From IMG/VR virus record IMGVR_UViG_2526164690_000025: DNA of 64,000 bases; one strand, given 5' to 3'. The stretch comes from a virus (lineage: Duplodnaviria; Heunggongvirae; Uroviricota; Caudoviricetes). A model generated the notes under the pieces. The model did no database searches, had not been told where the DNA came from, and saw nothing but the letters and a program-made list of their open reading frames with translations. This document shows, in pieces, positions 8,888 to 18,967 of the stretch; the first letter of the stretch is position 1, and each line of letters begins with the position of its first letter. Both the position numbers and the translations under genes were made by a program.

Positions 8888-11262
8888 TCAACTCTCGCGT
8901 AGTCATTCATCAACGGATCATCAATTGACAGTGGTACCGTGCGCATAACGCCCGGCTGAGGCGTGCTGACCTTTACGACAGTTCCCTGGCCTTTCGCCGA
9001 GTCTTTGGTGTGCTCTTCAATCCTGGCAAGCAATGAGGTCATCTGCGCAAACAGCCGCTTCGTTTCACCATCAAGTGAAACGGTATTATCAGCCAACTGC
9101 ATTGTCGGCTTGGCACCGGAGCCGCCAAGGTCACTAATAACCTGTCCGTCTATCTGCATACGACCGGTTGGTTGCTGCAAATCGTTGGCGGCAGTCGTCA
9201 CCTGGGACGTGGAGGCTGGTTCAGGCGCATTATTTTTCCGCATCCCCGGCGAGTTGAGGAGTTTATCGAATAGTCCATCAATCCCCATTTGTGCGCCGAG
9301 CTGGTCAAAGTAACTTGAGTTGTTGGCCACCGGACGCGCCTCTTCAACTGGCATCGGGGTATCAACATACACATTGCCAGCTGCTGTTGCGGTCCCCTTC
9401 CCTCGTGCACGTTCTTCGAGCGTTCCCTGAACGACTTCCCGACGCATACCCCGGCCATTCATGAATTTGTTGACCAGATCGTTAACGCCAACAGCATTGC
9501 CAATTTTGTCTACCAGACCGCCTTTCTCAAACGGGCTATCACCAGGGGTAAACACCAGGCCAGTAGACTGATCGATAACAGCGTTATCAGGCAGTGGTCC
9601 CCTCACTCCATATTGCGCCCCACCCTGTGCTCCTGCTCCAGGTGTATAGATTTCACCACCTAAATAGCGAGCACGATGAGTATTGACCTTGATCGCGTAC
9701 TCACGGTTTTCTTTCGATAAGTCACCTGTGCCTTTTTTCCACTTATTGATAGTGCCAAACCCAGCGTTATATGCAGTGATGGCCTCGTTTAAGTCTCCAT
9801 TGGCTTGCTTCAGATACTTGCTCATGAGAAGAGCCGCAGCTTCTGCCGATTTTTCCGGATTAAAAGAATCTTCCCGGGATAATCCAGTTTCCTCACGAGC
9901 AACGCTCGTAAACTGGAACATTCCGAGAGCGCCACCACTTAGCTTTCCATTTGGTGATCTTGTAAGCGTAGATTTTGCGTTAGGATCACCACCAGATTCA
10001 GTTGCAGCGATCGCGTAAAGAGTACCTTCAGGAAGGCCATATTTATTCTCTAGTTCAGCAAAATACGGAGCCAACTTATCGAGATTTGCCTTACCTTCAG
10101 CGCCAAGGCTTCCGACTTTTACATCTAAGTTGCCATTGTTGTAGGTATCCGCAGCTTTCTGAATGTCATTCCTGGTGCCAGTAGTATTAAGCGACGATGA
10201 TGATGAGCTATTTTGACCAATAGCATTATCAATTTTCTGCAACGCGCGATTGCCCGTTTCTACGGCATTTGCATTGATAATCTGATTGGCAGTTTCTTTA
10301 ACTGTTTTATTGCTATCTTTCGCCGTATCTAGGGATGCATTTACAACACGAGTGACAATATTAGCCTTTTTAGGGGTATATTCAGTCTTAGGAGCATTGT
10401 CCTCCTGACTTTCTTTAGCTGGTGTTTTTAATTCAGGTGTAACCTCTTTCGCATCCGCTTTGTTGACTAGCTTTGATGCAACCCAGGCCACAGGGGTGCT
10501 CTGAACAGCGGCATCTGCAACCTCACCTGAAAGCTCTTTTGCGGCACTCCATAGATTACTGCCAGCCTCTTTAATGTATTTCCCAGGATTCTTAATGAAA
10601 TCAATTGCACTATCAATTGCATCACTGAAAACCTGTTTCAGGTTATCGACAGTAAAGAAGTTTTTGATGGCGTCTAATTTTTCGTTCAGATTCTTTGTGG
10701 TGTCACTGAACCATGCAGAAATAGCATCACCAATCTTTGCTGTATAATCATCGAACTTGGTAGAAATGGTGTCGCCAAGATTAGAAATATATGTTTCTAA
10801 GTTGGTAACCCCGCTATCAATGGCCTGGGCAATACTTTCCGTCGAAAATGATTGCAACATATTGCCGATATCCTCAAATCCAAGTGATTTGAGAACCTCA
10901 CCAATGGCGCTGCTAATACCAGATACCAGTCCCCCCATATCAAGAACATTAGCTAACGTATAAGCGGCTTTTTGCTGGAATGATGGATCTTGTCCTGATT
11001 TAAGCCCAAACGCTCGGCGTTGCGCTTCTATATCATTCCAACCGGTTACCGCATCATAGATACCTCCAGCCACCGTGCCGACTAGCGGAATTGCACGTAA
11101 AGCGCCTTTTGCGACCGCCTTAATCCCTAGTTTCCCTACCCCCTTAATACCTAAAGCGCCGAGTGCCATCGAGCCAACTTTCTTTAGTGCCCCACGGCCA
11201 AAAATAAGGGAGGCAATACCACCGGCCCCCTTCCCTAACAGGCTAAATAATTTGGACAGCAA
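8884..11262 (-). CDS. virion-associated lytic transglycosylase (Sit-like injection/tape-measure protein), C-terminal 792 aa
   Basis: SLT domain motif ...AIAATESGGDPNAKS...GALGMFQFTSV...AYNAGFGTI; Gly-rich N-terminus; adjacent out-of-frame ORF 11292-12215 probably its 5' part. Confidence 0.7.
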   Translation of the reverse strand: MLSKLFSLLGKGAGGIASLIFGRGALKKVGSMALGALGIKGVGKLGIKAVAKGALRAIPLVGTVAGGIYDAVTGWNDIEAQRRAFGLKSGQDPSFQQKAAYTLANVLDMGGLVSGISSAIGEVLKSLGFEDIGNMLQSFSTESIAQAIDSGVTNLETYISNLGDTISTKFDDYTAKIGDAISAWFSDTTKNLNEKLDAIKNFFTVDNLKQVFSDAIDSAIDFIKNPGKYIKEAGSNLWSAAKELSGEVADAAVQSTPVAWVASKLVNKADAKEVTPELKTPAKESQEDNAPKTEYTPKKANIVTRVVNASLDTAKDSNKTVKETANQIINANAVETGNRALQKIDNAIGQNSSSSSSLNTTGTRNDIQKAADTYNNGNLDVKVGSLGAEGKANLDKLAPYFAELENKYGLPEGTLYAIAATESGGDPNAKSTLTRSPNGKLSGGALGMFQFTSVAREETGLSREDSFNPEKSAEAAALLMSKYLKQANGDLNEAITAYNAGFGTINKWKKGTGDLSKENREYAIKVNTHRARYLGGEIYTPGAGAQGGAQYGVRGPLPDNAVIDQSTGLVFTPGDSPFEKGGLVDKIGNAVGVNDLVNKFMNGRGMRREVVQGTLEERARGKGTATAAGNVYVDTPMPVEEARPVANNSSYFDQLGAQMGIDGLFDKLLNSPGMRKNNAPEPASTSQVTTAANDLQQPTGRMQIDGQVISDLGGSGAKPTMQLADNTVSLDGETKRLFAQMTSLLARIEEHTKDSAKGQGTVVKVSTPQPGVMRTVPLSIDDPLMNDYARVD

Positions 11263-11291
11263 GCCGCCCTTCTTTTTCCCGGTGTTTTTGG

Positions 11292-12215
11292 CTATCTGAT
11301 CAAGGGCGCTGAGAATCTTGTCATTGCCCTCTTTAATTTCGCTGGTCTGATCCTGAAGTTCCTGAACCGTCCGTTTTTGGGTGTTAACCTGAACGACATC
11401 GGCACTATTTTGCGATTTACGCCTAAAAAACCTTTTCTACGGCTGTTATCGTCATTGCCACGAATCACATCGGCAATAGACTTTCTGGCACCATTAAGCG
11501 ATCCGCCAACTTCTTTTGATATCCCGCCAAGCTCCTTCCCTGCTGCCCACAATGGACCAGCAACGGCATAACCTAACGCATCGACGGCACGAGTCTCTGA
11601 AGGGTTACCTATGCCTTCAGCTACTTTTGACAATTTTTTTAATAAACCTGATTCAGCATTTAGACGCTCATCATCCTCTTTTCGCCTGGCCTTTTCTGCT
11701 CGTTCAGCACGGGCTTCTTCCGCTGCGGCCTTACTCCCTGACTTTCCAATAAAACGACCACGCGCATCGCGTTGGTTTTGGCTTTTTTGCGCACCGCCTT
11801 TTTGACCGAACATTTCGCGAGCGTGTTCGGCTGCTTCGGTCCGTTGTGCCTTTACATCCTCTGGTATAGCCTTCCTGCGTCGTTTTTTACCCTTTGGTGT
11901 GGTTGATTTGGCCCGCTGTTCCTGTTGAGCAACATCTTCCTGAACTACACGAGAAACGTCCCCTAAATTAAGCCGTTTCATTGCGTCAACAATAGGGTCT
12001 ACTGATGGCGCTTTGGTCACAAAGTCAGGACGTGAATTTTCGATTGTGCGATTTAATGCCGACACGCTGCGAGAGACAGGATCAACAGTAGCAACGCGTC
12101 CCCCTTTCAAATCTTCAACAGCTTCCCGGATACCTGCAAGCTCTTCCAGCTCTTTTGCGCTGGCGGTTTCAACTGTCCTTATAACATCGTCAATGTTGGC
12201 GTTTTTTCTTTCCAT
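11292..12215 (-). CDS. probable N-terminal segment of the Sit-like protein (frame-split)
   Basis: 307-aa Lys/Arg/Glu-rich ORF ending in an implausible tail; separated from 8884-11262 by a frame change near an A6 run at 11425-11430. Confidence 0.45.
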   Translation of the reverse strand: MERKNANIDDVIRTVETASAKELEELAGIREAVEDLKGGRVATVDPVSRSVSALNRTIENSRPDFVTKAPSVDPIVDAMKRLNLGDVSRVVQEDVAQQEQRAKSTTPKGKKRRRKAIPEDVKAQRTEAAEHAREMFGQKGGAQKSQNQRDARGRFIGKSGSKAAAEEARAERAEKARRKEDDERLNAESGLLKKLSKVAEGIGNPSETRAVDALGYAVAGPLWAAGKELGGISKEVGGSLNGARKSIADVIRGNDDNSRRKGFLGVNRKIVPMSFRLTPKNGRFRNFRIRPAKLKRAMTRFSAPLIR

Positions 12216-12296
12216 GATCTTATCGCCTACCGTTTCGGTTTAAGTTTTTCTTCCAGCTTCTCCAACAGGAAAAACGCATAGGATTCAGTGAGCCTT

Positions 12297-13178
12297 TCAG
12301 CGTCCTGAATCGGTATACCCCCATACAAAACCAGGTTGGACACTAAGGTCTGATAGCTTTTCAATCCCCACCTGTGGAATGAAGTCGGTAGCCCGAAAGG
12401 GCACCCACAGACGGGTATACGCACCCTCTGTGGACTCCTTTTTATCTTGGTTTGGGCATTTATGCGGCGGGAGACGAAGACGCATTTCACCTTTATCGAT
12501 GTAGCACGGTAAACCATGTTCGAGCTTTTCATGAGCCAGTCGGATGTGTGCCGCCAGTTTCATAAATTCAGTATCAATGGCCATCCGTTTAATCGTTTCA
12601 TAACGACGCTCAGCCTGATCTTCACGAGTACCGCTAACATCGTTATAAAGCTCACACTGATAAGCGAATTCCCAAAAACGCAAATCAACGATCGCTTCTT
12701 TGAATTCCGCATCGTCTTCAGGTGGCAATGCTGCACGGCGCATCTCCAGCATTTCCATTGCCCAACCATCAAGCGGCACGATACGCCATTGATAAGGCAC
12801 TCCCTCTACAGACACCTCAATATCGTCAATGAAAGGTTCCACTTCCAGGACCTGGATATCTTCAGCCAGAGCATTCATATCGCAATCGTAATAATGCTCT
12901 TTACCGCAATGTTTACAGGTGTAGGTGAATGTCTCGACCGGTGTTTCACGGGAGCCGGTAAATATCCACCATAACGCGGTAATCCGGTCCTGCGCCGTCC
13001 ATGTCAGGGGATCATGTTTCGCGGGTTCAGCCAGCAAGGCTTTTAAATACGCCGTTGTCTGTTGTTCTTGTTCCTCCGGTGTTATCGAGTTGAAACGCAT
13101 CGCATCAGCAATATTTGGCTGACGGAACTGGATCAATTCAGTTGGCCGCGATGGTAGCGGGAAAAGGGGTAAAAGCAT
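12297..13178 (-). CDS. phage structural/morphogenesis protein with Cys-rich motif
   Basis: 293-aa ORF, CKHCGKEHYYDCD motif; tail operon context. Confidence 0.35.
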   Translation of the reverse strand: MLLPLFPLPSRPTELIQFRQPNIADAMRFNSITPEEQEQQTTAYLKALLAEPAKHDPLTWTAQDRITALWWIFTGSRETPVETFTYTCKHCGKEHYYDCDMNALAEDIQVLEVEPFIDDIEVSVEGVPYQWRIVPLDGWAMEMLEMRRAALPPEDDAEFKEAIVDLRFWEFAYQCELYNDVSGTREDQAERRYETIKRMAIDTEFMKLAAHIRLAHEKLEHGLPCYIDKGEMRLRLPPHKCPNQDKKESTEGAYTRLWVPFRATDFIPQVGIEKLSDLSVQPGFVWGYTDSGR

Positions 13179-13192
13179 CCTTGCTCCTTAAT

Positions 13193-13804
13193 TCAAAGAG
13201 AAAAACTAAAGCCCAGAAGGGAAGCCAAAGAACTTGAGGATTGGTTAAACGTGCTGTGCAATGCGAAGGTCATTGGGAATGACTTAAATTCCGTAACCTG
13301 ATCCCGCGCATAGGTGACATCTCCGGTAGTGACCGGGAATACCGTCATCTCATTTTCCAGTTTGGTTAAGCCGGAAGACAGCAACCGATAAATACGCACA
13401 TTGAGCAAATATTTAGACGGTATATTCCCGGTACCGTCCGGATTGATCACCCGACTTTTTGCCGTCTTAAACCAGTCCAAAACGAGGCCATCAACGGTAT
13501 CCCTGACCATCATTGTTATCTGCCCAGGCGAACGCTCCGTTGGTTGAAGGATATTCCCTCCGCCGATTTTAATCGTTTCATATTCGATGCTGTAATCGTG
13601 GTAGGTAATATCTTTGGCAAAGAAGTCTGCCCCCTCCAGTCCATCAACTTCGACAGAGAACTGCCATCCTTGCGCGAACAGCATTTTGTTCATGATGATT
13701 GACGTCAGCTTACCAACTTCCCGCTCACCAACGCCGGAGCCAAATAATGTCGTCGTTAATGCCGAAGATACATAAGACTTTACTGAAGCAACATTAAGCC
13801 CCAT
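13193..13804 (-). CDS. phage structural protein (tail operon)
   Basis: 203-aa ORF, context only. Confidence 0.35.
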   Translation of the reverse strand: MGLNVASVKSYVSSALTTTLFGSGVGEREVGKLTSIIMNKMLFAQGWQFSVEVDGLEGADFFAKDITYHDYSIEYETIKIGGGNILQPTERSPGQITMMVRDTVDGLVLDWFKTAKSRVINPDGTGNIPSKYLLNVRIYRLLSSGLTKLENEMTVFPVTTGDVTYARDQVTEFKSFPMTFALHSTFNQSSSSLASLLGFSFSL

Positions 13805-13814
13805 ATCAGCCCCC

Positions 13815-14422
<608 letters not shown>

Positions 14423-14461
14423 TTGTCATTTGTGACAGTATGCTCGCAATCGTAGTGATTA

Positions 14462-15001
14462 CTACCACCAACTGCTAGCTTTCTTCTCTCTAGCTTTTCC
14501 TTCGCTTTGCAGTAAATCTTTACTTCCTGTAGAAATATTTCTATTTGCATCAGCCTCAGACTGAATTACATCTGTCTTAGCTGCTCTCTCCTTCAACTCC
14601 TGCTCTATAAAATCGTTTTCTCGCTGGACACGAGCCGCTTTTGCTTGCAGTTCGAGTTTCATGCTTTCGAGTTGCAGCTTGCGAAGCTCATCCTCATAAG
14701 CTTGATCTCGCTTCTTGTCATTTGCTAGCTCGGCTTCTCGTTTCGCTCTACGTTCATTTTCTGCAGCAACACGCTGTTTTTCGCGTGCAGCAGCGGCAGA
14801 TGCTGCTTTTTCTCTTCTAATACGTTCAGCTTGTGCTTGTTGGCGAATAAGTTCTTTTCTGGCATCCTCAGCTTGCTGCTCTTTAGCTCGCCCTTCATTT
14901 TCCGCTTGAGCAATAGCAGCAATTTGACTTTGCAACGAGTTAGCCAAGGCAGTGCCTACACTAAACGTAGAAAAGATTAGAAATAAAATAATTTTATTCA
15001 T
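14462..15001 (-). CDS. secreted coiled-coil protein (signal peptide, Ala/Glu/Arg/Lys-rich)
   Basis: N-terminal signal MNKIILFLIFSTFSVGTALA, long charged coiled-coil-like region. Confidence 0.5.
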   Translation of the reverse strand: MNKIILFLIFSTFSVGTALANSLQSQIAAIAQAENEGRAKEQQAEDARKELIRQQAQAERIRREKAASAAAAREKQRVAAENERRAKREAELANDKKRDQAYEDELRKLQLESMKLELQAKAARVQRENDFIEQELKERAAKTDVIQSEADANRNISTGSKDLLQSEGKAREKKASSWW

Positions 15002-15004
15002 AAA

Positions 15005-15526
15005 TTATTTCTTTTCTGGACAAGTAGCATTTGGCTGAATTCGAGTTTCATTATCTTTAGTTGAAATAAGCACAGCAAGCCCCGTTGTAAACTGGCATGC
15101 TTTACCAACTTGAGTTGAAGTGAACACCTTAGTTCCTTCTTTATAAGTCAGTGAAACACCTTCAACAATTGTTTTATCACTAACCAAAGAACCAGCCGCT
15201 GCACCAAGAGCCGCACCACCAGTACCGCCAGCTACAGCACCCAGTGTCGATGTGCCTTTAACATTATAACCGGCAACGCCCCCAGCAACAGCTCCCAGTA
15301 CCGCACCAAATGTCTGTGCCGCTTCTTTATTAGCTTTATTATCAACTTTCACTTTAGCTGGAAGCACAGAGATAATATTGACTGTCTTTGTTTCCTGCTT
15401 CGAATTCAATTGAGCGGTATCATAAACATCGGCAGCATAATCAGCACCGCTAGATTGACACCCAGAAAGAAGAATTGCAGATACAACAAGAGCGCATAAA
15501 GTATACTTTTTAGACATAAGAATCAT
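15005..15526 (-). CDS. lipoprotein with glycine-zipper region
   Basis: Lipobox LLSGC; GAVLGAVAGGVAGY...GAVAGGTGGAALGAAAG glycine zipper. Confidence 0.6.
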   Translation of the reverse strand: MILMSKKYTLCALVVSAILLSGCQSSGADYAADVYDTAQLNSKQETKTVNIISVLPAKVKVDNKANKEAAQTFGAVLGAVAGGVAGYNVKGTSTLGAVAGGTGGAALGAAAGSLVSDKTIVEGVSLTYKEGTKVFTSTQVGKACQFTTGLAVLISTKDNETRIQPNATCPEKK

Positions 15527-15807
15527 TCCAGAAAAACAAAAACCGGCGAGAAGTTACCACGAGAACGGAAAGTAAACAAGAATACTCCCATTGACTTATA
15601 TCAATTAATCAACTTTTTATAAGCTATCCCTAACTTATTGTGTATAGCTGAAAAGTCAGAGACAAGTTCACCATCTGCATTATTTCTTAAGTTAATAGTT
15701 TATTGCTAACTTAATTTATGTATCGACTATTGATATCCATCTTAAAGTTACAATATCCCTCTGCATTATTTTTCATCACAAATAATATATCTATTGCACG
15801 ACACTCA

Positions 15808-15824
15808 TCTGCTCTAATAAATTT
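15808..15824 (+). promoter_or_regulatory. C1-operator-like site (TCTGCTCTAATAAATTT)
   Basis: 15/17 match to P1 C1 operator consensus ATTGCTCTAATAAATTT; upstream of immI-like module 1. Confidence 0.6.
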
Positions 15825-15999
15825 GTATTTTTAAGTGGCGAATGCTATCTTTTCGCATCATATTGACCTTTTAATCGTTCAGGCTTATAGTTCCCGCCGT
15901 CGTAGCAAATTCTGCGACCAGGTTTGACAGCCTGAATGATTGTGCGGACAACCGCAGATTTCCGATATTGCGGTATTTTTGTGTCCGTAAAACCGCGTT

Positions 16000-16085
16000 A
16001 CGCCCAAATTATGGTGGGGCGTGATGGGGAGGCTTCGGCCTGCTGGTTTCACAATCGCCAGTCTGTCAACCCTGTCACGTCCTGC
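16000..16085 (+). ncRNA. c4-like antisense RNA region (boundaries approximate)
   Basis: Structured leader with UUCG hairpin (gaggcttcggcctg) and boxes cacaatc (16050-16056) and ctgtcaacc (16063-16071) complementary to gattgtg (15938-15944; 16122-16128) and gtttgacag (15922-15930; 16091-16099); target box overlaps icd SD. Confidence 0.45.
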
Positions 16086-16139
16086 CACCTGTTTGACAGC
16101 GGGTAGCAGGTTGTTAAACCTGATTGTGAGGCCGTAACT

Positions 16140-16361
16140 ATGGTTAATGCCAATCCTTGCGCACGCCAAGAATTCATCTGGCGTTTCTATTCCTGTAAAA
16201 AACACCACTATCACTTCGTTATCGCAGCAACAGAAGACGAAGCACGCTCTCAATTGCCTGATGGCCCCTGCATTTTCACTGCCCGTTTTTCAACTAACTC
16301 GCGCAATTCACTTAGTTACTGGAACCTCCCCTTCTCTGCCGACGTTCAGGGGGTTTTATGA
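16140..16361 (+). CDS. icd: Icd-like small protein (73 aa)
   Basis: 73-codon ORF with SD gagg 8 nt upstream, immediately preceding and overlapping the antirepressor gene, as in P1 immI. Confidence 0.6.
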   Translation: MVNANPCARQEFIWRFYSCKKHHYHFVIAATEDEARSQLPDGPCIFTARFSTNSRNSLSYWNLPFSADVQGVL

Positions 16362-17394
16362 AAAACCTCTCGTCACCCGTAATGAAATAGCCGAAGCGAT
16401 CGCTTTGCATACAACCTGTATGCCGACACGGGAGATCCCCGGCGCAATTGCCAACTATTTCATGATAACCAGGCGTTTTTATACCCGAACAGATAAGGCT
16501 GTGATCAACAGGCTACTGATAGCCGAGATCAGGGATTATTTGATTGAACAAGGACGTCTACGTTACGCAACGGTGGCAGCAGAAATGAGAAAGGAGGCGC
16601 GCAGAATGACCGGTAATAATTTGAATGTTGAAAAACCAGCACCTGTTGCTTTAGCTACGCCATCACCAACTGTGAATGTTATCTCCAACACTGGAGACAC
16701 AATCGACAGCCAGACACTGTTAAAGATGGTCAATGAAGCGCGTAAGTTATGTGGGGAACCAGAGGTTCGGAACAACAAATTCATCGAAAAAATACTCGAT
16801 GAGCTTGATGGTGAGCACTACACAAAAAGTGTAGTGGAAAAAATGAACAAAACATCAATGCTTGTCATAACCATGACCTACAAACAAGCCCTGCGAGTCG
16901 CCGCGCGCGAATCAAAAGCTGTCCGCCGTTCGCTGATCGACAAACTGGAAGAATTGCAGCAGGCAAACTCCCCTACCCCATCGATCCCCCAAACATTACC
17001 AGAAGCCCTACGCCTGGCTGCCGAGTTGGCAGAACAGAAAATGCATCTGGAACAACAGCTGGTGGCCGCAGCACCTAAAGTCGATTTTGCCGACCGGGTA
17101 TCAGTGGCTAATGGAATCCTGATCGGTAACTTTGCAAAGGTCGTTGGACTTAAGCAAAACGCCCTTTTCTCATGGTTGCGCCAGAACGGCATTCTCATGG
17201 CTTTTGGTGCGCGCAAAAACGTACCGCGCCAACAGTACATCAACGCCGGGTATTTCACGGTGAAAGAAGTGGTGCTGGATGATGAAAATGGCTACCAGAT
17301 ACGGCTGACGCCCCAATTAACGGGTAAAGGCCAGCAGTGGTTAACTCGCAAGCTACTTGATGCTGGTTTGTTAAAACCAGTAGCAATAGGTTAA
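16357..17394 (+). CDS. ant: antirepressor (Ant-like, KilAC-type C-terminal domain), copy 1; start codon unresolved
   Basis: Homologous to 44048-45082 over the whole length; in this copy the ATG overlapping the icd stop (16358) is out of frame by 1 nt; the frame stays open upstream to ATG 16147. Confidence 0.6.
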   Translation, partial: YEKPLVTRNEIAEAIALHTTCMPTREIPGAIANYFMITRRFYTRTDKAVINRLLIAEIRDYLIEQGRLRYATVAAEMRKEARRMTGNNLNVEKPAPVALATPSPTVNVISNTGDTIDSQTLLKMVNEARKLCGEPEVRNNKFIEKILDELDGEHYTKSVVEKMNKTSMLVITMTYKQALRVAARESKAVRRSLIDKLEELQQANSPTPSIPQTLPEALRLAAELAEQKMHLEQQLVAAAPKVDFADRVSVANGILIGNFAKVVGLKQNALFSWLRQNGILMAFGARKNVPRQQYINAGYFTVKEVVLDDENGYQIRLTPQLTGKGQQWLTRKLLDAGLLKPVAIG

Positions 17395-17406
17395 CAAAAG
17401 AAAAAA

Positions 17407-17431
17407 ACCTGCCAGCAAACTGGCAGGTTTC
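17407..17431 (+). terminator. stem-loop after ant copy 1
   Basis: acctgccag-caaa-ctggcaggt followed by ttt; preceded by A7. Confidence 0.4.
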
Positions 17432-17472
17432 TGAGCAGATCGTCCAACCCGATCTGGATCGAGTTAGAAAAA

Positions 17473-17489
17473 TTTGCTCTAATAAATTT
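17473..17489 (+). promoter_or_regulatory. C1-operator-like site (TTTGCTCTAATAAATTT)
   Basis: 16/17 match to consensus; upstream of kilA-like gene. Confidence 0.6.
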
Positions 17490-17558
17490 CGTTTTCTAAG
17501 TGCAAAGAATCACCATTTCGAGCTGGTGATTGAAGGTTGATGCAAATTTGGAGAAAAA

Positions 17559-18359
17559 ATGCAACAAACATTCAATGCGGATATGAATATATCAAACCTT
17601 CATCAAAATGTCGATCCTTCAACCACTCTGCCTGTTATTTGTGGTGTTGAAATTACGACCGACCGCGCTGGCCGTTACAACCTTAATGCTCTACACAGAG
17701 CGAGCGGACTCGGTGCCCATAAAGCGCCAGCTCAATGGCTAAGAACGCTGTCAGCCAAACAGCTCATCGAAGAGCTTGAAAAAGAAACTATGCAGAATTG
17801 CATAGTTTCGTTCGAAGGCCGTGGCGGCGGCACTTTTGCCCATGAATTGCTCGCAGTGGAGTACGCAGGTTGGATTTCTCCCGCGTTTCGGCTGAAGGTA
17901 AACCAGACATTTATCGACTATCGAGCTGGAAGATTACAACCTGCTATTCCGAAGAGCCTCCCAGAAGCTCTCCGTTTGGCTGCCGACCTGGCAGAGCAAA
18001 AGCAACGGCTGGAGCAAAAAATGCTGATGGATGCACCTAAAGTCGAATTCGCCGAACGCGTTGCTACCGCCAGCGGGGTTCTAATCGGCAACTATGCCAA
18101 AGTGCTCGGCCTGGGCCAAAACTATCTCTTCACCTGGTTGCGTGATAACGGAATTCTGATCGCAACCGGTGAACGCAGGAACGTCCCCAAACAAGAATAC
18201 ATATCCCGTGGGTATTTCACCCTTAAAGAAACCGTGATCGATACAAGCAATGGAAGCAGGATTTCTTTCACGACTCGTATAACCGGCAAAGGTCAGCAGT
18301 GGCTGATGAAGCGATTGCTTGATGCTGGTGTGCTGGTACCTGTCGCGGCAGCGCGCTAA
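17559..18359 (+). CDS. kilA: KilA-N domain protein with antirepressor-type C-terminal domain
   Basis: 266 aa; C-terminal region PEALRLAADLAEQK...APKVEFAERV...GNYAKVLGL shared with both Ant copies. Confidence 0.6.
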   Translation: MQQTFNADMNISNLHQNVDPSTTLPVICGVEITTDRAGRYNLNALHRASGLGAHKAPAQWLRTLSAKQLIEELEKETMQNCIVSFEGRGGGTFAHELLAVEYAGWISPAFRLKVNQTFIDYRAGRLQPAIPKSLPEALRLAADLAEQKQRLEQKMLMDAPKVEFAERVATASGVLIGNYAKVLGLGQNYLFTWLRDNGILIATGERRNVPKQEYISRGYFTLKETVIDTSNGSRISFTTRITGKGQQWLMKRLLDAGVLVPVAAAR

Positions 18360-18388
18360 CAGACGTAGTAAGAACCACCAGCATTGTA

Positions 18389-18967
18389 ATGCTGGCTAAA
18401 GTCACTTTCCTGAGCTGTATAACGATGAGCGATTTTACTTTTTCTGGCTATGAATTGGCCTGCTTTGTAACACACTCCGGTCTATCCCGTAGCGCCGGGC
18501 ATATCCTGTCGCAATGTGCAAATCTCGCGGCAACAACCAGTGAATACTTCATTCACAAGCCTCACCGCCTGATCGCGGCAGAAACTGGTTATAGCCAATC
18601 AACCGTCGTTCGTGCATTCCGTGAAGCTGTAAACAAAGGAATCCTGTCAGTAGAGATTGTTATCGGCGATCACCGTGAACGTCGCGCTAACCTGTACCGG
18701 TTTACACCATCCTTTTTGGCCTTCGCACAACAAGCAAAAAATGCGCTGATTGAAAGCAAATTAAAGATCTCTTCAGCGGCAACCAAGGTTAAAGCTGTTC
18801 TCGCTAAGACATTGGCTTTATTTAATTTTTTATCCACACCCCCATGTCAAAATGATACCCCCTCCCCCTGTCAGGATGACGTGGCAATAAAGAATAAGAA
18901 GTCACAATTTAAAAAACAAAAAGATCAGTTTCCGGCGCTGCCGGAACGACCAAACTCAAAAAATTGA
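18389..18967 (+). CDS. HTH DNA-binding protein, possible lytic-replication RepL-like
   Basis: 192-aa ORF with helix-turn-helix-like segment (TGYSQSTVVRAFREAVNKGIL); position after kilA as repL in P1. Confidence 0.35.
   Translation: MLAKVTFLSCITMSDFTFSGYELACFVTHSGLSRSAGHILSQCANLAATTSEYFIHKPHRLIAAETGYSQSTVVRAFREAVNKGILSVEIVIGDHRERRANLYRFTPSFLAFAQQAKNALIESKLKISSAATKVKAVLAKTLALFNFLSTPPCQNDTPSPCQDDVAIKNKKSQFKKQKDQFPALPERPNSKN

Noticed and set aside
9683-10184. Plus-strand ORFs antisense to the SLT-domain gene
   Set aside because: Embedded antisense to a confidently called CDS; no start signals.
15885-16253. 122-aa minus-strand ORF (and its counterpart 43503-43904) spanning the immI leaders
   Set aside because: Lies antisense across the structured leader and the icd start; conservation between copies is at nucleotide level including the compensatory boxes, and the Cys/His-rich translation looks like noise. 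Treated as noncoding.
16147-17394. 415-aa ORF as printed in the track for antirepressor copy 1
   Set aside because: The upstream 70 codons overlap icd in another frame and have no counterpart in copy 2; kept only as an alternative in the start-codon finding, and the homologous region from 16357 was annotated instead.
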